From Minutocellus sp. GHC0000111 (lineage: Eukaryota): DNA of 64,000 nucleotides. The position numbers and the translations under genes are program-made. The DNA lies in the NCBI GenBank assembly GCA_977018835.1, contig OZ361257.1, positions 248,001 through 312,000 on the forward strand, written 5' to 3'. The notes below the pieces were generated by a model that was not told where the DNA came from, made no database searches, and worked only from the letters and a program-made list of their open reading frames with translations. How positions within the stretch are numbered: position 1 is the stretch's first letter; each line of letters begins with the position of its first letter. Positions 25,392 to 35,868 of the stretch are shown here, one piece after another.

Positions 25392-25451
25392 TATTACAGA
25401 TCAGCAAAGAATGCGCTAGTAGGCGAGTTAGGTGATCGTTGCGACGAATCC
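25392..25451 (+). repeat. 60-bp inverted repeat (left) flanking hemA-eIF1AD
   Basis: tattacagatcagcaaagaatgcgctag...gcgacgaatcc; one mismatch to reverse complement of 29713-29772. Confidence 0.85.
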
Positions 25452-25871
25452 ATATGTATAATCAGATACATGTAGATCGGGTAAGCCATTCGCAGTCCCC
25501 CGAAGATTGGCACGAGTGGAAGTGAAAAGGATTGAGGAAGTCGTGATCATAGTGTCGCGCGCGGAGTAAATTCGGTTCAATAGACCCCTAAAAGCAGGCA
25601 CTAGGACTGGTTCCGGACGGAGTCGTGTGGGCATTAGCTGGCGGCCGCCCATGATGACATGATCGCACAAGAGCACAGCTCATCGATTTTTGCCATCTCA
25701 AGACGACTACGGCGCTAGACTAGCTCTAGCTCTACTAGAGCGACTATGTACCGTATTATATACTACTACATATTCTAAACGCTAAACAGGCAGCTTGATA
25801 TTAAGGTGCTTACCAGAGAACGAAAGCGCGTGAATTTCGTGTGAAGTTTGAGTCAGTCCAGGTGTATGTAT

Positions 25872-27791
25872 TCATCTCCTACGACCCCTTCCATTCCTGC
25901 CCGTGCTCTCCTCTCCGAGTTGGAACATATCACTCAATTCTCGCACGGCAGCCTGGCGTCCATCGACACTATCCGAACGTCTCAGATGAGACATGGGCCC
26001 GTGGAGAAGCTTGTTGACGATTCCCCTGGACAATCGCTCAACGGCCTCGAGCTCCTTCTCGCTGAAATTCTCGTTCTGCGACAGTTTCCGTGTGCACTTC
26101 TTCAATTCTGCTTGACGGTGCGTCTCTGCCTTCTCCCTCAACCGATTAATAGCAGGAACTGCAGCGAGCGACTCCCGCCAGCCGATGAAGGCAGCTGCCT
26201 CCTCCCGGAGCAGAGTTTCCGCCTCGATCATTTCCTTCTGCCTCATGGCAGTATTTCGAGCGACAACTGCCTTGAGGTCATCTACGTTGTAGGCAGCCAC
26301 GCTAGGAACATTCTTGCAATCCTCCCCAACATTACGCGGTACAGAGATATCCACAAGCATCAGCGGCCTTCCTCCAGCCAGGCCGTTCTCCTCGAGCAGA
26401 GCCTCACTGACGATGTAGTCCTCACATGAGGTTGCAGTGTAGACAATATCGGACCTACCGATGACGTCATAAAGGTCGTCCGTAAGCTTGATCTCAATGT
26501 CAACGTCGGGGAATTGCTCAGCAAGCTCCATCGGTCGAGCCATTGACCTATTGACGATGGTGATTCTCTCCAAACCACGCGATGCGAGGTGGGTGATCAA
26601 AAGCCGCGTCATCTTGCCAGCTCCAATCGCGGCAAGACGGGCCTCGGAGAAGGGGAGACTTAGGTCGTCCCCGCACTTCATTTCTGACAGCTCCACCGCC
26701 GCCGAGGATATGGATACAGATCCTTTGGAGATGGCCGTTTCGGACCGAACTCGCTTGCCTGCTGCAACGGCGCCGTTGAGGAGGCGGCTCAAGACTTTGC
26801 CGCCGCAACCATCCTCTTCGATGGAGTGCAGGTGGCACTGTCGGACCTGACTCAGGATCTGCCCCTCTCCAACGACCAGCGAGTCGAGCCCGCCGGCTAC
26901 GCGCATCAAGTGCCAAACGGCATCGTCGCCGGAAAGCATGAAGAGATTCTTCCGGAGCGTCGAAACGGGGAGATCGGACCGCTCGGCGAGGTATTCTGTA
27001 ATGCGAGCAGCCGCCTGCCTTGCATCAGTGGCAGCGTAGTAAATCTCGAAGCGATTGCACGTGGAAAGGACGGCCGCCTCCTCCACACGTCCGTCGGAAC
27101 AGATCTGCTGCGAAGCAGTGTTCCAGTCGGCCTCGGGGATAGCAAGTTTCTCGCGAACCTCGACAGCAGCGTGATGGATAGACAGGCCGACGCAGTGAAC
27201 CTGAAGTCCCTTCGAGGCAGCCTTGAGGCGTTCCTGTTGTTCGGTGTGCGATGTGATTGTAGTCCAATTGGGGTAATGTTTGGTTCAGTTAGTAACGGAA
27301 ATTACATGTAAAAAAGTGTCTCGGATTGAGGTGATGAGCATTGGGATCATGGCATCAAAACACCGGCATTCACAACAAACTACTGAATGCGTCGTGATAC
27401 ATGTACCTTTCGGTACGATATTGATAGAATCAATGTCACAAAGAAGACACAACAGTTCAAGACTCGAGGCTCTACTAGTCTAGAAGCTAGCAAAACCAAC
27501 AAAAGAAGAATTGATAAGTATTCTCACCTCCTTTGTTTTCTTCCTTTTTTGTCCCATCTCTGCCTCGGCCTCGGCAGCGGCGACAGCTTCAGCCTCCGCA
27601 TTCGTTGCTACCATTCTTCGGGCCATCACGGGCGCCGATGGAACTCCGCCGACGGTGAGGGGTTCCGGCAATGAACGGACAGCCCCGGCCACGCCAGAGG
27701 ATGGCGAGAGTGGCAGAAGGGAGAAACTGGCCACCAGCGGCGCCGTGAGGGCGAAGGCAACAAGCTGAACGGAGGACGAGGGGAACCTCAT
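25872..27791 (-). CDS. hemA: Plastid glutamyl-tRNA reductase; exons 27791-27528, 27233-25872
   Basis: VGLSIHHAAVEVREKL, LSTCNRFEIY, GLDSLVVGEGQILSQV, IGAGKM, DISVPRNV, KLLHGP; signal peptide ending VAS-F. Confidence 0.95.
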
Positions 27792-28174
27792 GGTTGCTCG
27801 GTTGCTCCTCTATCAAATTAAATGCAGTGTTGAGTGCGTTCTGAAGTTCTTTTGACCCAGTTTTTTCGGCGTCTTCAACATCGCTGGAAACTTAAACAAG
27901 CAAGCGACTTACTTAAATGTGGTACCAAACTCCCCATTTTTGTGTGGGTTCTCTGCCACCGACTGCAATCATACCTAGGCCTAGGTATCATCCACCAGCG
28001 CAGCCACCAGCCCACATCCACGCCAAACCTTCATCTTCGCTTCACAGGGCCCTCATGCTCGTCGTGTAGTGTGCGTCGTCCCACAGTCACCACGCCAATA
28101 TTCTGGCTTTTGTTTCTTCCTCAGCAGACCTCTATCTGGCTACTGCATTTAACATTTAAAAGCATCATCAGACA

Positions 28175-29120
28175 ATGGCGGGCCTCGGGAGACGATCTCA
28201 CTACCGAAAACATATTACGGACTCTGTCCTCAACACATGCCCCGAGCCAGGCGAAGGAGAGAGGATCGCCAAGGTCGTTGGAACTCGTGGATCGAACCAA
28301 TTCGAGATCGTCCTCTCTGACACGAAGAGTACTTGTCGTGGGAATGTAACGATCACTGACGGTAACACAAATAGCGGCAGTGAAAAGGCGCGACAGCCAT
28401 GGGGCCAGCAACCGCAACCGCAACCGCAATTACATCGTCAGCCACCAATCGCATCATCGGCGAGAACATCGAAACTGGCCATCCTGCCGACCAAGTATCG
28501 TAAATTGGTCTGGCTGAAACGCAATGACTTTGTTATAGTTCGATGTGGTCAAGACGATGACGAGGACGCACCACCGTCGGAAAACGAAAAGGAGGGAAAT
28601 ACGATGGATCACCAAGTGCCGTCAGGCGTAGAAGAGAAAGTTGATGAGGCCGCTAGTAGAGGGACCGCGGCCGTCATAAGTGGTATCCGTTACGAGATCT
28701 CCGTGAGTTGGTGACCAGGGTAGTCTACAAGTCTATTCAAAATTTTCCATCGTTCAATATTTTCCCTCACTTTTTGCATCTACATGTATTACTTGTCGCC
28801 TTCTCTCTTGGAATTGGCAGCATATTCTTTACAAGGATCAGGTGAAACATCTGCAGCGGAAGGGTCTGTGGCCCGATGACGATCCATTATTTTCTGGAGA
28901 AGGCGTTGCCGTCGGTAGCGGTGCCGCTAGAGCAAACGACTCAAGTCCTACAAAAAGTGACGAAGAAGAACAGGAAAAGGATCACAACAACTGCGACGGG
29001 GAAGTGGGCGACGACGATGGGATCGTTTACGACGCTGACGATTTGCTGTTCGTTAATACAAACAAGATATCCACTCTGCTTGTAGATTCGGAAAGCGAAA
29101 GTGACAGTGATAGGGCATAG
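28175..29120 (+). CDS. EIF1AD: eIF1A-domain RNA-binding protein (EIF1AD-like); exons 28175-28702, 28821-29120
   Basis: RIAKVVGTRGSNQFEI, AILPTKYRKLVWLKRNDFVIV, ISHILYKDQVKHLQRKGLWP, DLLFVNTN, acidic tail. Confidence 0.85.
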
Positions 29121-29701
29121 GTGTGCTGCTGTGATGTGCTCCTAGATCTATTTGTCATTACCTACATGTAGCTAGCTAGACTAGCTGTGTAGCGAGAAGA
29201 CGGTACGATACTGACATACCGTCAGGGAATAAATCTAACGAGAGCACATGTCTGAACCCGGAGATCATACTTGCATGTGCATCGCCGAAATCCTAGCTCG
29301 CCAAGATCTGCTAACTTTAGACGCACTCTTATGCGATACCCTCCTACCGGTAGAGTCTACATCTACGAATAATGATCGTTCCAGACTCGTATGTCACTTT
29401 TTCGATGTGGTTGCTCCAGTCACTAGCTAGCTAGACTCCTATAAATGCAAATATTTACCTTATTTTTTAGTCTCGTGTCTTTGCTCTGCATTGTACCGTG
29501 TGGCCCTTGTCTTCGCGCAACCCGGCTCAAAATTTGCAGAGGAGGGACACCCGCGGCTAAGAGTCAAGTACGAGTAGAGTATCAGGGGAAAGCCCGCTTA
29601 GTCTTTTTGCATACGCGTACTTCACTGTCTGGCATTTTACTTTCTTTACACATCTGATTCAACACTGGCTCTTTTGGCAGATTTACATGTATAATAGTCT
29701 A

Positions 29702-29772
29702 TTTGACCGTTGGGATTCGTCGCAACGATCACCTAACTCGCCTACTAGCGCATTCTTTCCTGATCTGTAATA
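29702..29772 (-). repeat. Inverted repeat (right) flanking hemA-eIF1AD
   Basis: Reverse complement of 25392-25451, extending ~11 bp further into the family consensus. Confidence 0.85.
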
Positions 29773-29913
29773 GATCTAGACTCTACTACCTACATGTAGC
29801 TAGAAGATTTACGCAGCACGCACCAAGCAAAGAGTCTCCTTTCACCAGCCAGCACCACCGACACAACGAAACTGGCGAAACTGGCACCGTGATTAGGATC
29901 AAGACGGAGTGGT

Positions 29914-31785
29914 TTACTTGCATCTAGCAGTGATAGCCTCTCCTGCGAGGCCGCACGAGGAAATGCTTTCGTCGATCCTGTCCAGAAGGTCCCGTGGTGG
30001 AAAGCCAGCCTTGAGCTCCAACTGCTTACCCTCTCGGACGGCATCACTCGACTGCTGAGCAACGAATGCATAGATGACCCTGACAGAATCCTCCCCACGA
30101 AACTTACGAACCAGCCGCTTTCCGTCTGGCATGCGGATCTGAACTCTGGCAATGTCATCCCCGGACGCAGGCTCTACCCCTATGTCCTGATCAAGCAGTT
30201 TCTGCTCAAAGGTATCCGACAGGGCTTCATCATCATCGATCGCCAGATCAGCGGCCTTGACGTTGGCGTCGCCGTCGTCGTCGTCATCATCTTCTTTTTC
30301 TTCATCATCATCGGCATAAATCACGCTATCTTCGTCATCATTGCCATTGCTCCCACTTCCACATTCACCTCCGCCGCCCTCGGTATCGGCCATGCTGGCC
30401 CGAATGGCGGCCTCAAGCTGCTCTTCCTCGGACATGTCGGCCATCGGACGCTTGTTCGAGGGTCTTCCTCCCGAGGCGGGGCCAGCAGCAGCAGCCGATC
30501 CGGACCGCGGAGCACTCGGCGGCTTGTCAAAAGAATGGCGAGAGCAAAAATCTGTCAATTAAATCAACGCATCGACAAATTGATGTAACAAGAAAGAAGA
30601 AGTGATGAGAAATGAAATTGATACTGTGTGTGTAGGTGTGGCCTCTTGTGTTCAGACCAGTCTAGCTAGCAAAAGACCAAGGAGCACGATCAAAGGCATT
30701 GTGATGTCGTACGTACCAGCAGCCGTTTCGGCAAATTGGACGGGTGTCATTGGGTTGACTTGCGTCCATCCCTCCTTCTTCCACATGAGCCGGGCAGTCC
30801 TAGGGTCGATGATAGCCACGTGAGGATAGCCACCGACGCGGTACCGTTCGGAGTATGTCGATCCCTCAGACGTTGTGTCGACCGCTTGCCAGAAGATGAA
30901 GCCGTCGCGGACGAGGTTCTCCACAAGCTCGTCGCGCCAAACGTCGCGATTGAGGGCGTGGCAGGCAAAATCGGAATCGGATTGGATATTCACAAGAAGC
31001 CAGCGACGGGAGTCCCTGGCTGCCTGCCGGGCGCCCTGGAAGCCTCCGGGACCAGCGTAGATGAGGTTCGTTGGCGGGGCGAACATATCGGCCAGGGATG
31101 TTGCACGGCCACCAGCGGCAGCGGCGGCGGCGGCGGCTCCCACCGTCCCTCCCCCATTCGAGGTACTAGTAGAATCTCCCCCGTCGTTCGCATTTCCACC
31201 ATTGCCGCCGCCTCCGCCACTGGATCCAGCAGCAGCAGCGGCAGCGGCAGCCTCATTGACGGCCTCTCTAGCATCAAAGGCGGCGGCAGATACCGACCCA
31301 GATCGCGAACCTGACCCGGACCCCTCGCCTCCTCCTACATACTCCATATGATCATCATCGTCGTCGTCGTCGTCGGAAGCGGCCGCAAACGCTGACATCA
31401 TCGCCGCTTCGGCTCCCGACATGGTCCCATGAGCAAACATACCTCCGGCCGCCATCGCCGCTGCCATGGCGCCGTGGCCTCCGGCAGGCCCAATGAGGGC
31501 CTCAGTCCGGGTCCTGTCCGGGGCACGGACGGCATCGGCGCCGTGAAAGCTTCCTCCTCCTGCCGGGGCCGCTGCTGCTGCCGCCGCTCCACCGCTACCG
31601 CCACCCATGACACCAAAATCATCACCACCAATGCCGCCGCCACCACCACCATTGTGCTCCAGCCAAAGGCCGACGGCAGTCTCCACGCTCCCTCCACTCA
31701 TTTCCAGGTACGACCGGGCCGTGTCGGTGTCTGACGATCCAGTGAATGCAAGGAATTGGGTGATGTTCTCGTCCGAATGTTCCAT
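29914..31785 (-). CDS. UBA-UAS-UIM-UBX p97/Cdc48 adaptor (UBXN7/Ubx5-like); exons 31785-30717, 30551-29914
   Basis: ITQFLAFTG..ARSYLE, RWLLVNIQSDSDFACHALNRDVW, YPHVAIIDPRT, SEEEQLEAAIRASM, RVQIRMPDGKRLVRKF..GFPPR. Confidence 0.9.
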
Positions 31786-32055
31786 TTTTTACTCTGGCTG
31801 TCCTCAGACCAAAACGAGCGAGGCGGACAGGACTGATTGAACGACGAGATGGCAAATCAAGGGCCGAATGATCAAGGCAAATGGCGCGCATTCCGATTTT
31901 CATCTTTGCATGTTGCCATTCCGCAGTTGTTTTCAAAGAGCTGGCCGCGTTTCGGTTCGACTCACTCGACTGGAATCGACTCACTCGACTCGACTCGATT
32001 ATCTATCTACGTACATACGTACGTAGCTACAATCAGTGCACATCTACAACATTTT

Positions 32056-33031
32056 TGGTGGTGGTTCGTCCCGCTAAATATACACATGTAGCTTAAATCT
32101 ATCTATCATAATGAAAAGTTAGAACCAAATTCAATTGAATAGGTAGCCTCATTTGCATCAGTAAGAACGAATATCAATAACATAAACGAAAAATCGCAAT
32201 TGTAAACAACATTGTAGGTTGTTAAGATTGGGGGGGGTGGGTGCAAGGGTAAGGGTCAGCACTTGTTGACCTATTCGAGGTCTCGGTCTCTCCAAGCATT
32301 GGGATTGTTGGCCGGTACGAAGCCTTCGAAGTAGCTGCCAGATTAAGTCTCTGGTTGATTGGCTCCTAGTTGTTCTTCTCGGTACGGTCACTTCTGTGTC
32401 GTCGTCGTCCTCGACCGTTGCTGCATTACCGATGTGCTACTGCAGCATTAGTAAGAGCGTTGATCATAGGGGACATGGTAGCGCGCTCGATACTCTGAGT
32501 CGAACGGGGAGACAATTCGTTGACGGCTATTTCAATGTCATCGGCAGTAAACGGCTCTGCGATGACGGCCTCGGTGAGGGAACATTGGGTGTATGTTGGG
32601 CCATGACGAAAGTTACAGCTGTTACAAAGGGGAGGTCGACTGTGAGGGGTGATAGGCACGGCGGGCCAAGGCATTCGATACATCGGCAGTTCCCACATAC
32701 GGTAGGACCTCGATTGTTGCCCGGAGTCGATGCTTCGATGACGACGACAGCTCTAGACCTACCTTCTCGGCGGTATCTGCCCCGGCGCTGTAGGCTTGAA
32801 GGTAGTGTAGGTGCCGGGCTCGAGTCCCAAATACTTCTCCATCATTGATGGCCAGGCCTCCGATTGCACTAGTTGGAACAGCGGGTAGATCCGAGGAGCG
32901 ACAGTGATTGATCCAGCTTTTTTGACGAACGGAGCTATTGCAGCAACTCCATTTTCGAGGAACGAAGCTTCGCCGATGCGCTTCAGGCTGTCAGTGTGAG
33001 AGTGTCCAATCGTCTTGAGCGGCTTGGAGTC
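32056..33031 (-). mobile_element. 5'-truncated RTE-like LINE copy with 3' UTR and (CAC)n tail
   Basis: Aligns with 10195-10829 and continues to ttagcgggacgaaccaccacc. Confidence 0.8.
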
Positions 33032-33140
33032 TACAACATGTATAACGATTTTCTACGTAAACGTTTACAGGATCGACATAATCTACAACATGTACCGGTA
33101 TAACGATTTTCTACGTAGACGTTTATAGGATCGACATAAT
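33031..33140. repeat. 52-bp tandem duplication; second unit carries a CCGGTA insertion
   Basis: ctacaacatgta[ccggta]taacgattttctacgta..ggatcgacataat twice; related sequence at 25310-25345 and 2460-2485. Confidence 0.85.
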
Positions 33141-33305
33141 CAGAAGATGAGAAGCGAAGAAAGTAGGACAAGCAAAGCCAGCCGCAAATAATTACTCATA
33201 CGCCGTTCAGGTCCACTTCTAAATCCTCTAAACTGCTCGTAGTAACCATATTCTCGACTCGAATGACGAGCCGAGAATCCGTCACTATCAGAGCACCTAC
33301 ATGTA

Positions 33306-33674
33306 GAGTAAATGGCCATTTAAGATAGATCTACTGCAGATTGAAATCTGAATTATTTTTTTGATCCGTTCATAGTGTGAACACTTTCTGTGCATGCATT
33401 TTTGGACAGCTGAGGAAATGCTGATTCGAGGAAAATTTGTCCGGTAATTGAGATATATCGGGGATTTTGTCTGGAGCTCAAATCTGCCACGATCATCGAT
33501 GAGTGGCAAATTAAGATACTGCTAGTAAAACCGCTAACATGACACCAGCGCCCTTATTCATAGTGACTAATGTCCCTATTACTTGTTACTAGTAGTTACA
33601 TGTACTATGGGAGGATGCCTTGGCAATAAGCAGTATCTTTTAAATGGATGAGTATCTTAAATTGCCATCTACTC
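33306..33674. mobile_element. MITE with GAGTA...TACTC termini
   Basis: TA|gagtaaatggccatttaagata ... tatcttaaattgccatctactc|TA. Confidence 0.8.
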
Positions 33675-33767
33675 TACCAGTCTCAAAATGATTCTTTGCC
33701 TCCTCAGCGACCCTAGCTGCCTCTCCTCTTGAGCCTCGAACAAAATGCAGCATGTACTAACATAATA

Positions 33768-34203
33768 CAGTCCGTGCACATCTATACATGTAAGGATACA
33801 TGTATCCATTTGAGACCCAAAGTCTGAAAATCCTTATCACGAAGCAAAGTCTGAGGTCTCAACTGAGGATATTCTTATTTGTCGGCGCATTGGATTCTTC
33901 TAGAGATCTCTATGCATGCACCGGTACCTCGGCTTCAGATGCTGACAGGCAATGCCGATTGATTCTCCACACGCTGCTGACGACACTGCCAATCAATGGT
34001 GCTACCCATGCCAACAGTGCCACGAATGCCGAGTCAGCTACGTAGCTTCATAGTTGCTCTCCTTAGACATGTTTTTCAACTTGGTGTTGCCATGTCATCA
34101 CCAAATAAGAATATCCTCATTTGAGACCTCAGACTTTGCTTCGTGATAAGGATTTTCAGACCTCAGGTCTCAAATGGATATCCTTATAGATGTGCACGGA
34201 CTG
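33768..34203. mobile_element. CAGTCCGTGCAC-family MITE subfamily with long (~90-100 bp) TIRs
   Basis: TA|cagtccgtgcacatcta ... tagatgtgcacggactg|TA; long subterminal inverted match (ccttatcacgaagcaaagtctgaggtctcaa). Confidence 0.9.
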
Positions 34204-35044
34204 TACGTAGTAGATCTAAGCGGGCCCTGACGCAGCAGCTAGGGATGACGCCCCGGCGGCACTGATACCAGCACAACTACCACTTTCCCCCCTTCCAAAT
34301 CCTGCGCCAATCCCGAACAGGACGTTGACAGTGCAAGATCAAACCCATCTCAATTACATCTTGGTTCATGATCCATACTGTTTGCATTTTCATAAAGCCC
34401 CGATCAATTGGACAAGACTCACCCAACGACAAAAGCATGGAGAGCCAATCTGAAGAGGTTTGGAAGATACGCACTTTTCACGGGCATTCCTGAATTGATT
34501 GCCCAGCAACGTTTTGTTGTATTATATTCATAGTTTGGTGGTTAGTGGTGATGCCTTTGTAGATGTGGTGGGGACCGTAAGACTGAGAAGCATAGCAAAT
34601 TCAATGCGCTTTCTGTATTCTAGCACAGGAATTGTTGTGCCTCCTGATGCAAATAGTATTACATGTAGTATCAGCAGAACAATTGATAGTTGAAGCTCGA
34701 GATGCTGAACGGTGGGGAGGAAGGATACGTTGGGCCTCGAACGAGGTTCTTTCAAGTCACATTATCATGCGCAAAACAATTTTAGTTGATTATTTTATAT
34801 TGCATGTATTGGTTTCATAGATCTAGGAGGTTTAGACGTTCGGGTATTTGTACCGGTGCATGTATTACCCTACTCTCGCGGGAGAGATTTACAACCTCTG
34901 AGTAACTTCGGATAGGGAAACTCAGGCCAAATGGAGAAACGAAAACTCAGAATTCATTTTCTGTTGGCTCACTACATGTATCAATTCATTTTGGTAAATC
35001 AATTTGTGAGCAAACTGTAGAGCTGTGTCTACATGTAGCTAGAC

Positions 35045-35323
35045 CACATGCACATCTCTCACCACCCCCGTCGTATTGGCTTCACGGTCGACCAGATTCG
35101 GCCCTTGATCTTTGTCGACGTCGAGTGGAAGGGTAACATCATCGCTGCGATGAAATCCTTTCGGACCCGTTCGTGCATTTTATGCATGAAAGAGAGATGG
35201 TTCATCTTCAAGCATCATCGTAAATCCAACATCCAAAATGTGCTCAACCAGAACCTTGAGGTTCATAAAGGTTGCAAGCACAAAACCCGGTTCCATAGGT
35301 TTGTTCGAGAGTCAGATCCCTGA
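35045..35323 (+). mobile_element. Penelope-like retroelement fragment: C-terminus of GIY-YIG endonuclease region
   Basis: KSF..SCILCMKER..I..VLNQNLEV..GCKHKTRFHRF resembles the CxLC..E..LN..E..CxH end of PLE endonucleases. Confidence 0.7.
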
Positions 35324-35410
35324 TCCTTGAATTTCCACAGCACTGATGAGGAATTTCTCCAGAAAGGATCCGGACCATTTTATTGCAGGAGTGCTACAGC
35401 CGCTGTGCAT
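35322..35410 (+). ncRNA. Candidate degenerate hammerhead ribozyme
   Basis: CTGATGA (35343-35349), short GGA/TCC hairpin, GAAA (35362-35365); GATCCT/AGGATC and CACAGC/GCTGTG complementarities; lies just after the PLE stop codon; no topology is fully canonical. Confidence 0.35.
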
Positions 35411-35462
35411 TACAACCCTAGGTTGTTTTGGAGCAGTGCATCAGCGTAGGATTCCTGCACCT

Positions 35463-35868
35463 GGGTGGGCTGTTCAATACGACCCCGAGTTGGTTGGACA
35501 GCATAGGAGTTGATTTGTTGATGATAACTAGATTACGAGATCGGGGTAGCGGCCATTGCCTCTGCGGCGCACGCGTGAGACCTCCCCTAACGGGCGAAGA
35601 TCCCCAATTGGTGCCTACAGGCGTTATCAATTGGGTGGCAGCGGTCGAGTTGTACTCTGCTTGCCTGGCGGTAATCTATTACATCGACGGATTAGCTGGG
35701 ATTGTGGGCCTGCTTGGTTGAGCTTTGCTCCCAGCAGGATGGTCTGTTCGTCGTTGGTAGTTCGCTGGGATTTGACCGTTACTACGTACGTAGTAGATCT
35801 AGTCTAGATCACCCAGATCTAACTCGCCTACATGCACTAACTAATGACATTCTTTGCTGATTTGTAAT
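35463..35868 (-). mobile_element. Long copy of TATTACAAATCAGC repeat family
   Basis: Reverse complement of 12590-12971. Confidence 0.75.

Noticed and set aside
23134..27791. gltD-hemA as a bacterial operon or recent horizontal transfer
   Set aside because: Genes are convergent, hemA has a spliceosomal intron, and both carry eukaryotic targeting presequences
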